Part shown: piece by piece, positions 54,636 to 64,000 of the stretch
How positions within the stretch are numbered: the stretch's first letter is position 1
Layout: each line of letters starts with the position of its first letter
Source of the DNA: Patescibacteria group bacterium
GTDB lineage: Bacteria; Patescibacteriota; Patescibacteriia; UBA10025; JAHIVO01
Direction: 5' to 3'
NCBI GenBank assembly: GCA_041650915.1
Contig: JBAZKE010000005.1
Coordinates: forward strand, 11,310-75,309
DNA length: 64,000 nt
Notes under the pieces: model-generated
Told to the model about the DNA's origin: nothing
What the model saw: the letters and a program-made list of their open reading frames with translations, nothing else
Databases searched by the model: none
Program-made: the position numbers and the translations under genes

Positions 54636-57600
54636 ATGAGATCAACTAAGTCAAAATCTATGATAATCAATCTAATTCCAAAGAGAAAGGTCCTGCAGAC
54701 GACCTACAAAACCCTGCACTTCGTGGCTGGCTTGGCCATGGTATTTAATATGTCGATGCTCGGGACATTTCTGACGCCAAGTACGGCTCAGGCAATTACC
54801 ACCTACTGTCCTGCGAGCGGTAACCCGCTTTACATGTGGGATCGTACTCCAAGTACCGGCTGGAGTCACGGCAACATCTCCGGTTACTTTGAAGGAGAAT
54901 ACATACCCGTACAGCTTGCGTTGGACGGTCTTACGGCAGGGGTTTCGACAACGATTCGTGTCCAACACGAATATATACGCTACGGAGTAGTTGGTATTGA
55001 GCGCCTTGATCACGTAAACGCGCCGGTCGAACCTGGAGTTACTTACAACGCTGACCGTCTGAACTTCACCATGAGCGCACCGACCACGATCGGCTCCAAT
55101 CCATCAAGTAAGCGATACGTGCTTACATTCACACCAACCGGTACAACGGCAAGCCTCTACTTTGATGCTCTGCTCGGACCGCATGCACATCTGTACAACG
55201 GATCCTCTCTCCACGTGAGCTTGTCGGACTGCGGCTCAAAAGATGTACCGATCAATGTAAACCAGATACTCTATCACAACCTGACGGTTTCTAAATCAGA
55301 TAATCCAGATCCGATTTTAATCAATACCAATACCACTTACACCATCACCGCAACGAGTAACAGTAAGACTGATGGCGGAGAAAAAAACTTCACCGTCACC
55401 GATACACTTCCAGCGGGCATGGAATACGTAAACGGTTCCGCAACGCCCACTCCAACGTCGGTGAATGGCCAGGTGATCACGTGGAACTTCGGTACGGTTG
55501 CAGACGGAACGATAAAAACAATCACGTTCCAAGCAAAAGGCATCAGTGTTGGAACGCATACGAATAGCGTTAGCCTCACTGCGGATGGTGCTACGCCAGT
55601 TACTGATACCGAGCCGACGACCGTGATTGGTCAGTGTGAACTGACAATCACTAAGACGGTCAACAAGGAAACCGCCGTTCCTGGAGACACTCTTCTCTAT
55701 ACTTTGAATTTCGAAAATACCGGAACGAGTAATTGCACAGGTGGCGGCGTTCGAATTGATGATGTAATGCCAACTGGCACGACATACGTCGCCAACTCAG
55801 CCTCGGGAAGCGACGGAAGTAAAATCACGAACACCAATGATCCAGGCAGCGACGGTACGCACTTCGGATACATGAGCGGAAAATTCGGTGCGAATAACCC
55901 CGGCTTCAACGGAACAATGCTGAGCTGGAATGCACACGTCCTAAGCCCGAACGAGTCCGGCACGGTAACGTTCCAAGCGACTGTCAATCCAATCGATTAC
56001 TGCACCGAAAAAGACATCACCAACAAAGGTAAAATTTACTCAAACGAATTTCCTTCGGGAATCAACTCAAATGAGGTTACAACTCTCGTAACAAGCCCCT
56101 GCACCTACTGCGGTGACGACATCAAGCAATCGCCAAATGACGCGGGTCAGTATGAAGAGTGTGATGGCACGGACGGAGTCGGGCCTCATCAGAGTTGCAC
56201 CACGGAATGCACACTGACCAATCTCACCTACTGCGGCGACGGCATCAAACAGACGCCCAACGACGCTGGGGAAAATGAAGAGTGCGACGGGACCGACGGC
56301 ACGCCCGATCACTATACCTGCTCAGCGGAATGCACGCTCGAGTACATCCCCTATTGCGGCGACGGAATCGTGAACCAGACGAGCGAACAGTGCGATGACG
56401 GCAATACGGTTGATACCGACGGGTGCAACAATCAGTGCCAAATCCAAACCTGTGATCTTGTTATTACAAAATCAGTTAACAAACAAAACGCGCTCCCGGG
56501 CGATACTTTAACGTATACCCTGGAATACCAAAACGACGGCTCAATGATCTGCACCGGCACGGGCGTAAAAATCTACGACCCGCTCGACGCCAGGCTGGCA
56601 TACGTCGCTGGTTCAAAAGCGGTTACCATTCACAATGACGGTGAAGGAGACGGCTATAGCCCGACCGAAGGCAGCAATTACAACGGCCATGGCGATAATC
56701 TCCTATTCAACGTCCGGCGCGTTAGCCCGGGCGAATCCGGAACGGTCACGTTTGACGTGACGGTAAACGGCAGTTTTGATTGCGGGCATACGGTCGTCCC
56801 GAACAAAGGAAAAATCTGGAGCGACCAAACAGGCTATATCTGGAGCAATGAAGTTACCACCGATATATATAAAGCTTGCTACGGCTCACTGAAAGTGATC
56901 AAATACGTTGACACGGGAAACGCGACCCCTGACCAATGGAGCTTTACCGTCGGCGATACAACGCTGTCCCCGGCATCGGGCGACAACTACGTTGTATTCA
57001 ATAACCTATACATGGGTGAGTACACAGCCACGGAAAGCGAACTCGCGGGATACCACCAAGTCTCAACGACCTGCACTGACGTACAAGTCAATCCTGATGA
57101 AATGGCCGTGTGCGAGTTCCATAACGCGCATGATACGGGTGAACTCACGATCAACAAAGCGCTCGACACTGACGGTGACGAGCAAATCGACGAAACTAAT
57201 CCGGCTGGCTGGACATACGACATCGACCCCGGCAACCAAAATTACGCGATGGGCACGACCCAGACGGTTTTCACCGGTACTTACACGGTATACGAAGACC
57301 AGCAAACGAATTACCATTCACTCGGATGGGTTTGCACTGACGGTACGTCAGGCACTGGCGAACAGCTCACGGTAAACGTTACCACCGACAATGTCGCGTG
57401 TACGTTTACAAACAGCCGCGATACCGGCGACCTCAAGATCATCAAGCAGGACGGCAACCAGCAGCGCATGGAAAATGTCGAGTTTGACATCGACGGCCAG
57501 ACGTACTACACGGATGCAAACGGTGAAATCTACGTGAGCGGCGTCGAGACCGGTGACTACCTTGCGACAGAGACCGAGCCCGCGAACTACTCATTCGCGA

Positions 57601-60600
57601 GCGTATCGGGCGTGAACTGCACCAACGAGAACCCCTCGACCGCAACGGTTGTGAAGGACTCGACCACAACCTGCACGTTCACCAATACGCGCAACACAAC
57701 GAAAATCTACTTTGATAAAGTCGTCTTGGGCGGCGGCCCCGGCGTTGACGCTGACTGGGAATTCACCGTCGGCGGTCAGGCCGGCACGTACAATGACGGC
57801 GACTACATCGTACTCCCGACCAACACGGGTCCGTACGCGGTCACGGAGGCATCCCAATACGACGACCTCTATACCCTGACGCACGCGTGGGGAGCCTGTT
57901 CGCTCGACGACGGCAGCATCGTGCTGAACGTCGGCAACGGCGAAAGCACCTGCTATGTCAAAAACACGAGAAACACCGGCTCGCTCCGCATCAAGAAATT
58001 CCTGGACAAGAACGCGAATGGAGAATGGGAATCCGGGCATCCGCACTACGAACCGCTTCTGACCGGATGGGAATTCACGGTTAAGCAGGGTGACCAGGTT
58101 GTCGGCACCTACACCACCGGATCGAATCCTGGCGGCCTCTCATGGATCGTCATTCCAAACCTGCCGACCGGCGAGTATACGATTACCGAAACGCTCAAGA
58201 GCGGATGGACCAATACGACCGAGCTCACGCAGAGCGCGATAGTAACCACGGGTGAAACAACGCGTTACTTCGGCAACTTCGAGAACGTCGACATCAAGGT
58301 AATCAAGTACATGGATACTGACGGCAGCAATGCCACGACCGGTGACCGCACGCCAGAACAGAACTGGACCGTCCAGCTGTGGAAGGGCGCGGTACAGGTT
58401 GGCACTGACCAGCTGACCGGCGGAGACGGTTCCTACACCTGGACCGACCTCGGCCCGGGCACGTACACCGTTAAAGAGCTGTTCGACGTGAACGAGTACA
58501 CTGCAATTTCAGCGACCGAATATACCTTCACGGTCAGCTCAGGCACGGACGTCACCAAGAAATTCGTCAACTTCGAGAACGTCGATGTCACAGTTTGCAA
58601 ATACATTGACGTGAACGGTGACGGCAGCATCGCAAATGATCCTGTCTATACGAACGGATGGACTGTCTACCTGAACCGGACTGAAGCAACGACCGGCGAA
58701 AACGGATGCTACACCTACGAGAACCTCGGCCCTGGCGCATACAACGTGTCAGAGGGCAGCAAAGAAGGCTGGACACAGACCTATCCCGCATCGGGCGACT
58801 ACAACTTCAACGCATCATCCGGCGTGGACATGACCTACAACTTCGGCAATTTCAAGCTCGGCTTTATCTCGGGCTACAAGTTTAACGACCTCAATGGAAA
58901 CAGCGTCTGGAACGATGGCGAACCCGGCATCCCAAGCTGGAAAATCATGCTGGACAACGGCAGTGTCAGGTACACGGACAGCAATGGCTACTACTCATTC
59001 ACCGGCCTCGCTGCCGGCACGTACGTCGTGTCCGAGAAAAACCCCTACGGCTGGACTCAAACCTACCCGGCTGATCCCGGCACTCACACCGTCAATATTC
59101 AATCAGGAACGATTGACGAGAGCAACGACTTTGGCAACTTTGACAACATCGATGTTACCGTCTGCAAGTACGTCGATGCCAATGGCGATGGTTTCCTGAC
59201 TGACGAACAGCCATACATGGGTTGGAACGTATATCTTGGCGACAACATGCAGGTAACCGGAGAAAACGGCTGCTACACCTACGCCAATGTCGGTCCTGGC
59301 AATTATGACGTTACTGAAGATACCAGCGTTGCAGGATGGGTGCAGACCTATCCGGCAGAAGGCAGCTATAACTTTGACGCGGTTTCGGGCGAAGACCGGA
59401 CGTTCAACTTCGGCAACTTTGAAACGCCGCACCTGACCGTCATCAAGCACGTGATCAATGACAACGGCGGCACGGCAGTCGCGTCTGACTTCACCATGAA
59501 CGTGACCGGAACCAACGTATCTGACGATTCATTCGATGGAACTGAAGCTCCTGGTGTTACGGTGGATCTGGATGCCGGCGACTATAGCGTGGATGAGATC
59601 GAACTGGCCGGCTATGCCAAGACGCTCGGCGCTGACTGCTCCGGATCCGTCTTGAGCGGCGACCACAAAACCTGCACCATCACGAATGACGACATCACCG
59701 CACATCTGACGCTCGAAAAATTTGTTACCAATGATAATGGCGGCGACAGCGTTCCTGCTGACTGGAATCTCAGCGCAACCGGAACAGCAACTCCCCTTTC
59801 TGACTTCGGTTATGCCGATGGGGACGTTGATGCGGGCGTCTACACGCTTTCTGAATTGGGTCCTGACGGATACGACGCAACAGACTGGAGCTGCGAGGGC
59901 GGAATACTTGAGGGCAATACCATTACTCTTGCTCTCGGCGAATCAGCGTATTGCTCAATCTCAAACGACGACATCGCACCGAAGCTGAAACTCGTGAAAA
60001 CCGTTACCAATGATGACGGCGGTACGCTCGAAGTATCCGACTTCCCGCTCTTCATCAACAGTGGCGAGGTAACGAACGGCGAATGGAATACGCTCGTAGC
60101 GAACGTACTCTACACTGCGACGGAAACTGAAAATTCTGGATACGTAGCGTCCGTCTGGACCGGCGACTGTGCCGAGGACGGTACGATTACCCTGCAGCCG
60201 GGCGACGAGAAAACCTGCTACCTGACCAATGACGATATTCCAGGCCGCATCGATGGCTTTAAGCTCGATATGCACGAAAACCCGCTCAACGGCTGGATGA
60301 TCTGTCTCGTACCTGAGACCGGTGAGCAGGCACAGCCCTCGGACACCCGTGGGGAAGTACCTGAAGCAAACTGCGTGGTAACAGGCGACGGTGAATGGGA
60401 AGACGGTTATTACGCATTTGAAAACGTCCCTGCCGGCACCTATACACTCTATGAAATGCAGCAGTATGGCTGGACTCCGGTTGATCCCGATACGGGCGGC
60501 TACACGGGCGTACTAGTCGAACTTAATACGACCACCAGCAGAAACTTCATGAACCGCTTGAACGAATTCGCAGTGGACATCGAAAAGCTCGCACCAGAAA

Positions 60601-62186
60601 CCGTGGTAGCAGGCGGCCAGATGACCTACACGCTCAACTGGGCGATCACCGGCAATACTGACGTATTCAATGCGGTTGTTACAGACGTGCTGCCGGCAAA
60701 CACGACGTTCGTTTCATCGCCGGACGGTACCTATGACGAGGCTACGAACACCATCACCTGGGACCTCGGAACCGTAACGCCCGATGATTCTGGCACCGTT
60801 ACCTTCATTGTTAAGACAGCTTCGCCGCTCGATAACGGAACTGTTATCGAAAATACCGGCGAGGTATGCGGTACGGGCTATATCGTACCTGAAGGCGAGA
60901 CCGAACTCTTCGATGAGAAGGGCGTGACCAAGTGCGATTCGAGCACGACAACCACAACCGTTGAATCGGAGCCGATACTCGGCATTGAGAAGGTCAACGA
61001 CCGGCCAATTGCGAATCCGGGAGACACGGTCAACTATACCGTCTCCTGGTCGGTGGATGGCAACTCGCAGGCGACTAACGTAACCCTCGTCGATACGATT
61101 CCCGTTGAACTCACGGTCGATACCGCATCCATCAGCGATGGTGGAGCATACGACGCCTCCGCGCGCACCATCACGTGGGACCTGGGCACCCGGGTACCGC
61201 ACGCAGAAGGGTTCGTCACCTACTCCGGTAGCGTGGCTTCACCGCTCGCGGACGGCACAACCTTCGTGAACGTCGCCAAGATAACAAGCACTGAAACCGA
61301 TCCGAAATTCTGGGAAGCGCAGTCAGAGGTGCTCGTACAGGCTGGCCCGATTCTGACCATCGACAAGGTGGTTGACGCAACATTCGTCAATCCCGGCGGC
61401 ACAGTGACCTACACGGTCACGGTAGCAAACGTCGGTAACGATACGGCGTACAATGTTGAGCTTACCGACCTCCTGCCAGCCGGATTTACGTTCGTAGACT
61501 ACGCAACCGCGACACATACGTACAGCCTCGGCGACATGGCGGCCGGTGACGAAATCACCACGACGTACAAGGTGGCGGTCGGCACGAGTGTCACGGCAGG
61601 CAACTACGACAATCTCGCGACCGCATCGGCGGACAACCACGGCAACATATCGGACGATGCGACCGTCGAAGTCCGCATCCCGCAGGTACTTGCCGAAGAA
61701 GCGTATCCGAACCTGCAGCTCGTCAAGACTGTCGACAAGGAATTCATCAACCAGGGCCAGTCCGTCACATACACGCTCACGGTGTCAAACACCGGTGACG
61801 CATCGGCGCTCGCCGTCGCGGTCAACGTGCACGTGCAAGACGTGCTGCCCGCAGGCTTCACGTTTGAGGACGGCGAGGTAACCAAGGTCTGGACGCTCGG
61901 AGACATCAAGGAAGGCGAATCGAAGACGATCACCTACACCGCGATCTCCGACAAGACCATCCTCCCCGGCACGTACGAGAACCTGGCTGTCGCGTGGGCG
62001 GACAACAACGACCGCGTCACCGACTCGGTTGACGTCGAGGTGCGTGAAATCATCGTACTCGGCGAAGCGCTCCCGACCACCGGCGGCGGATTCATGAATA
62101 TCCTGTACGGTTTCGCGGCAATCCTCGTACTCGCCTTCTCGGCGTACGTGCTGCGGCTCACCGCCTCGCGCGGAAGGACTGAGTAA
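54636..62186 (+). CDS. Giant surface protein: DUF11, Cys-rich CGDG repeats, SdrD-B/prealbumin-like repeats, LPxTG sorting signal
   Basis: L.I.K....PGD.LTYTL; CGDG...EECDG x3; many Ig-like repeats; LPTTG plus TM plus basic tail. Confidence 0.88.
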   Translation: MRSTKSKSMIINLIPKRKVLQTTYKTLHFVAGLAMVFNMSMLGTFLTPSTAQAITTYCPASGNPLYMWDRTPSTGWSHGNISGYFEGEYIPVQLALDGLTAGVSTTIRVQHEYIRYGVVGIERLDHVNAPVEPGVTYNADRLNFTMSAPTTIGSNPSSKRYVLTFTPTGTTASLYFDALLGPHAHLYNGSSLHVSLSDCGSKDVPINVNQILYHNLTVSKSDNPDPILINTNTTYTITATSNSKTDGGEKNFTVTDTLPAGMEYVNGSATPTPTSVNGQVITWNFGTVADGTIKTITFQAKGISVGTHTNSVSLTADGATPVTDTEPTTVIGQCELTITKTVNKETAVPGDTLLYTLNFENTGTSNCTGGGVRIDDVMPTGTTYVANSASGSDGSKITNTNDPGSDGTHFGYMSGKFGANNPGFNGTMLSWNAHVLSPNESGTVTFQATVNPIDYCTEKDITNKGKIYSNEFPSGINSNEVTTLVTSPCTYCGDDIKQSPNDAGQYEECDGTDGVGPHQSCTTECTLTNLTYCGDGIKQTPNDAGENEECDGTDGTPDHYTCSAECTLEYIPYCGDGIVNQTSEQCDDGNTVDTDGCNNQCQIQTCDLVITKSVNKQNALPGDTLTYTLEYQNDGSMICTGTGVKIYDPLDARLAYVAGSKAVTIHNDGEGDGYSPTEGSNYNGHGDNLLFNVRRVSPGESGTVTFDVTVNGSFDCGHTVVPNKGKIWSDQTGYIWSNEVTTDIYKACYGSLKVIKYVDTGNATPDQWSFTVGDTTLSPASGDNYVVFNNLYMGEYTATESELAGYHQVSTTCTDVQVNPDEMAVCEFHNAHDTGELTINKALDTDGDEQIDETNPAGWTYDIDPGNQNYAMGTTQTVFTGTYTVYEDQQTNYHSLGWVCTDGTSGTGEQLTVNVTTDNVACTFTNSRDTGDLKIIKQDGNQQRMENVEFDIDGQTYYTDANGEIYVSGVETGDYLATETEPANYSFASVSGVNCTNENPSTATVVKDSTTTCTFTNTRNTTKIYFDKVVLGGGPGVDADWEFTVGGQAGTYNDGDYIVLPTNTGPYAVTEASQYDDLYTLTHAWGACSLDDGSIVLNVGNGESTCYVKNTRNTGSLRIKKFLDKNANGEWESGHPHYEPLLTGWEFTVKQGDQVVGTYTTGSNPGGLSWIVIPNLPTGEYTITETLKSGWTNTTELTQSAIVTTGETTRYFGNFENVDIKVIKYMDTDGSNATTGDRTPEQNWTVQLWKGAVQVGTDQLTGGDGSYTWTDLGPGTYTVKELFDVNEYTAISATEYTFTVSSGTDVTKKFVNFENVDVTVCKYIDVNGDGSIANDPVYTNGWTVYLNRTEATTGENGCYTYENLGPGAYNVSEGSKEGWTQTYPASGDYNFNASSGVDMTYNFGNFKLGFISGYKFNDLNGNSVWNDGEPGIPSWKIMLDNGSVRYTDSNGYYSFTGLAAGTYVVSEKNPYGWTQTYPADPGTHTVNIQSGTIDESNDFGNFDNIDVTVCKYVDANGDGFLTDEQPYMGWNVYLGDNMQVTGENGCYTYANVGPGNYDVTEDTSVAGWVQTYPAEGSYNFDAVSGEDRTFNFGNFETPHLTVIKHVINDNGGTAVASDFTMNVTGTNVSDDSFDGTEAPGVTVDLDAGDYSVDEIELAGYAKTLGADCSGSVLSGDHKTCTITNDDITAHLTLEKFVTNDNGGDSVPADWNLSATGTATPLSDFGYADGDVDAGVYTLSELGPDGYDATDWSCEGGILEGNTITLALGESAYCSISNDDIAPKLKLVKTVTNDDGGTLEVSDFPLFINSGEVTNGEWNTLVANVLYTATETENSGYVASVWTGDCAEDGTITLQPGDEKTCYLTNDDIPGRIDGFKLDMHENPLNGWMICLVPETGEQAQPSDTRGEVPEANCVVTGDGEWEDGYYAFENVPAGTYTLYEMQQYGWTPVDPDTGGYTGVLVELNTTTSRNFMNRLNEFAVDIEKLAPETVVAGGQMTYTLNWAITGNTDVFNAVVTDVLPANTTFVSSPDGTYDEATNTITWDLGTVTPDDSGTVTFIVKTASPLDNGTVIENTGEVCGTGYIVPEGETELFDEKGVTKCDSSTTTTTVESEPILGIEKVNDRPIANPGDTVNYTVSWSVDGNSQATNVTLVDTIPVELTVDTASISDGGAYDASARTITWDLGTRVPHAEGFVTYSGSVASPLADGTTFVNVAKITSTETDPKFWEAQSEVLVQAGPILTIDKVVDATFVNPGGTVTYTVTVANVGNDTAYNVELTDLLPAGFTFVDYATATHTYSLGDMAAGDEITTTYKVAVGTSVTAGNYDNLATASADNHGNISDDATVEVRIPQVLAEEAYPNLQLVKTVDKEFINQGQSVTYTLTVSNTGDASALAVAVNVHVQDVLPAGFTFEDGEVTKVWTLGDIKEGESKTITYTAISDKTILPGTYENLAVAWADNNDRVTDSVDVEVREIIVLGEALPTTGGGFMNILYGFAAILVLAFSAYVLRLTASRGRTE

Positions 62187-62215
62187 CCGTTTCTCACAGC
62201 AAATCGATTGAAATA

Positions 62216-62249
62216 AACAAGGCGCTTGGACCGTTCCAGGCGCCTTGTT
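62216..62249 (+). terminator. Stem-loop after the giant gene
   Basis: AACAAGGCGCTTGGA...TCCAGGCGCCTTGTT. Confidence 0.65.
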
Positions 62250-62251
62250 GC

Positions 62252-62452
62252 TTGCCAGCGCCGACTTCGCTAGTTGACAATGCTGAGCCAAAGGACAATC
62301 AGCACCCGACGATCCTGGGCGTCGAATTGCCGGTTACCGGCGCCGTCTTCTACGGCTTGCTGCTGGGCGCCATCGTACTTGCACTGGTTGCAATCGTGTA
62401 CTGGCGGCACCATAAAACAAAATACAACCTATCCACTGATAATCTTCATTAA
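62252..62452 (+). pseudogene. Orphan LPxTG sorting-signal fragment
   Basis: ILGVELPVTG plus hydrophobic TM plus RHHKTK; no convincing start or N-terminal domain. Confidence 0.5.
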
Positions 62453-62791
62453 TAGTTCTATTACACCAGCGATGTTTCGGTAAACATCCTGATTAGTGAC
62501 CCTCACAATCCGGATGCCGAACGACTCGATATATTTCTGGCGCTGTTTATCGTATTCAATTGCTTCCTTTGAGATATAATGCGACGGCCCGTCAACCTCA
62601 ATCCCAAGCCTGAGCCGGGGGCAATAAAAATCAAGCACATACCCGCCTACGCTGTATTGCCGGCGAAACTTATAGCCAGCCAGCTGCTTGTCTTTCAAAT
62701 AACGCCACAGTACCACCTCCGCGCGTGGTGCACTGTTCCTGAGAGCCTGGCGCCGTTGCTTCATCGAGTGTGTGTTGTAGATGATTGTCAT
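62429..62791 (-). CDS. DUF559 / very-short-patch-like endonuclease
   Basis: R..LR....AE..LW..L, KFRRQ, Y.LDFYC, IEVDG..H, D..RQ..I. Confidence 0.92.
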   Translation of the reverse strand: MTIIYNTHSMKQRRQALRNSAPRAEVVLWRYLKDKQLAGYKFRRQYSVGGYVLDFYCPRLRLGIEVDGPSHYISKEAIEYDKQRQKYIESFGIRIVRVTNQDVYRNIAGVIELLMKIISG

Positions 62792-62851
62792 AGTGGTACT
62801 AACTTCTCCTCCCCTTTCAATTAAATTAAGTCCGCATTTTTACGTTTGTGC

Positions 62852-63105
62852 TCTTCCCCTCCTCAGTTGAGGAGGGGAAAACGTGACAAGTATGCCATAC
62901 CACGACGTTCGTAGAGAGGTGGTGGGGTCCTCTTCCCCTCCTCATAAAGAGGAGGTGCCTGAGGAGGGGAAAAAGCGATACGCCCGCCTTACCTGAACGT
63001 TGGTAGAGGGGTGGTGGTCCCCTTCCCCTCCTCATAAAGAGGAGGTGCCTGAGGAGGGGAAAAAGCGATACGCCCGCCTTACCTGAACGTTGGTAGAGGG
63101 GTGGT
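62852..63105. repeat. Palindromic tandem repeats (90-bp period) upstream of the DUF559 gene
   Basis: 62932-63015 identical to 63022-63105; TTCCCCTCCTC...GAGGAGGGGAA cores; degenerate copy from 62852. Confidence 0.9.
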
Positions 63106-63495
63106 CGTATCACACCCCCAAACGCATGTCCAAACAACCTCCCGCTCATGGGAAGGTCTGTTTCTATACTACTATTTTTCAGCCGGGCGCGCAATCATTT
63201 TTTCAGCGCTTCTTCGTTTGGCAAGCCGCAAGCTTTACCATCACGGGCGCTGAAACCCGCGATGGTTCGAGGGTGTGGCGGCGTTTCAATCTCCTCCGAA
63301 CGCAGGTGTCCCCGCCCGCGTTCACGTCCGTACGGTATACCAGCAGATGCATGGGAAAGCCTATCCTCATAGTAACCGCGCGATATCCAATTGGGTGACT
63401 TCCGCCCTCCGGGACGTTCCGATCTGCCGCCCATCTACCGCCCAATGCAAAATCCTGGAGCCGGCGGTTAAAAATCCGGCTGCATAGTTCTCCAC

Positions 63496-63524
63496 TTGAC
63501 AACAATTACCACGTTTTATATAAT
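63496..63524 (+). promoter_or_regulatory. Consensus sigma70 promoter TTGACA-N17-TATAAT
   Basis: Perfect hexamers and spacing. Confidence 0.75.
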
Positions 63525-63644
63525 CAACCGATTTATGATATAATAAGCCCTGCTCCCAAAAACAACGATTTCCATATATTAGCCCGCAAAAACAAAGCCA
63601 ATAAACTATATTAATAAAGGTACCTAGGAATAAGGAAAAAACTT

Positions 63645-64000
63645 ATGCACAATGTATCAACAAAAAAGGGCTTTTCTGCCCTGCCAGTTCTCATCTCAGT
63701 GGCTGCGGTTGCGTTAGCAGCAGCGTTCTTTTTGCTAGCTCCGCAACAGGCGGATGCGGCTACCGGAGTCAACTGGATAAAAGTGAATGACATGGGAGCG
63801 GTCCACGTGGCTCCAAATACTGAAGTGACAGTTAAGGTTAATGTTTCAACTTCTGGTATGTTTGAAAATGATGACTGGAAATCGACCGAATATAAAATCG
63901 AAGGCGGATCCTGGATTTGCGTAAACACAGCAGACCATACCAGTGACGGAACATATACAGAAAGTTTTTCCGTGAATGCACCTGCGTCAGCCGGTACTTA
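63645..64000 (+). CDS. Secreted/surface protein, N-terminal part (runs off window)
   Basis: Own translation: MHNVSTKKGFSALPVLISVAAVALAAAFFLLAPQQADAATGVNW..., open to window end. Confidence 0.7.
   Translation, partial: MHNVSTKKGFSALPVLISVAAVALAAAFFLLAPQQADAATGVNWIKVNDMGAVHVAPNTEVTVKVNVSTSGMFENDDWKSTEYKIEGGSWICVNTADHTSDGTYTESFSVNAPASAGT

Noticed and set aside
62852-63105. CRISPR array
   Set aside because: Units are identical with no unique spacers, 90-bp period, no cas genes
63203-63505. TnpB remnant (RTDVNA resembling DRDxNA)
   Set aside because: No zinc-finger Cys or other RuvC motifs; match too short
63645-63720. Type IV pilin (KKGFS)
   Set aside because: Lacks Glu at +5 and has an ADA signal peptidase I-like site

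Overview
Bacterial chromosome segment, genetic code 11. Gene content suggests Patescibacteria/CPR, probably Parcubacteria (inference): reduced dcw cluster mraZ-rsmH-ftsL-ftsI-murF, short TsaB, archaeal-type PyrH, divergent enolase, group 3b-like NiFe hydrogenase with minimal maturation genes. Core blocks are gpmI-eno-pgk, the interrupted hydrogenase operon, the dcw cluster, lexA/tsaB, rplJL with an L10 leader, and pyrH-mltG-manC-pcm. A ~24 kb accessory region (11.8-35.6 kb) is bounded by ~235 bp inverted repeats and holds three things. (i) Repeated two-gene cassettes: a membrane-anchored PsbP-like protein plus a secreted protein with a peptidoglycan-hydrolase head (CHAP or M23); full-length copies end in a T9SS-type C-terminal domain, and an orphan M23 head ends at an 81 bp perfect repeat of the full-length gene's head/stalk junction. 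(ii) A low-GC candidate signalling locus: LuxI/FeeM-like acyltransferase, PaaK-like CoA ligase, methyltransferase and 7TM-GAF-GAF histidine kinase, plus two kinase-less 7TM-GAF paralogs. (iii) Small selfish-looking elements: four-helix-bundle genes with AT-rich inverted arms and GIY-YIG genes with palindromic repeats. The right end carries a 2516-aa LPxTG surface protein with a long structured leader and a DUF559 nuclease with palindromic repeats. No rRNA, tRNA, CRISPR array, integrase or reverse transcriptase was recognised. All family calls are motif recognition by eye; no database searches were run.
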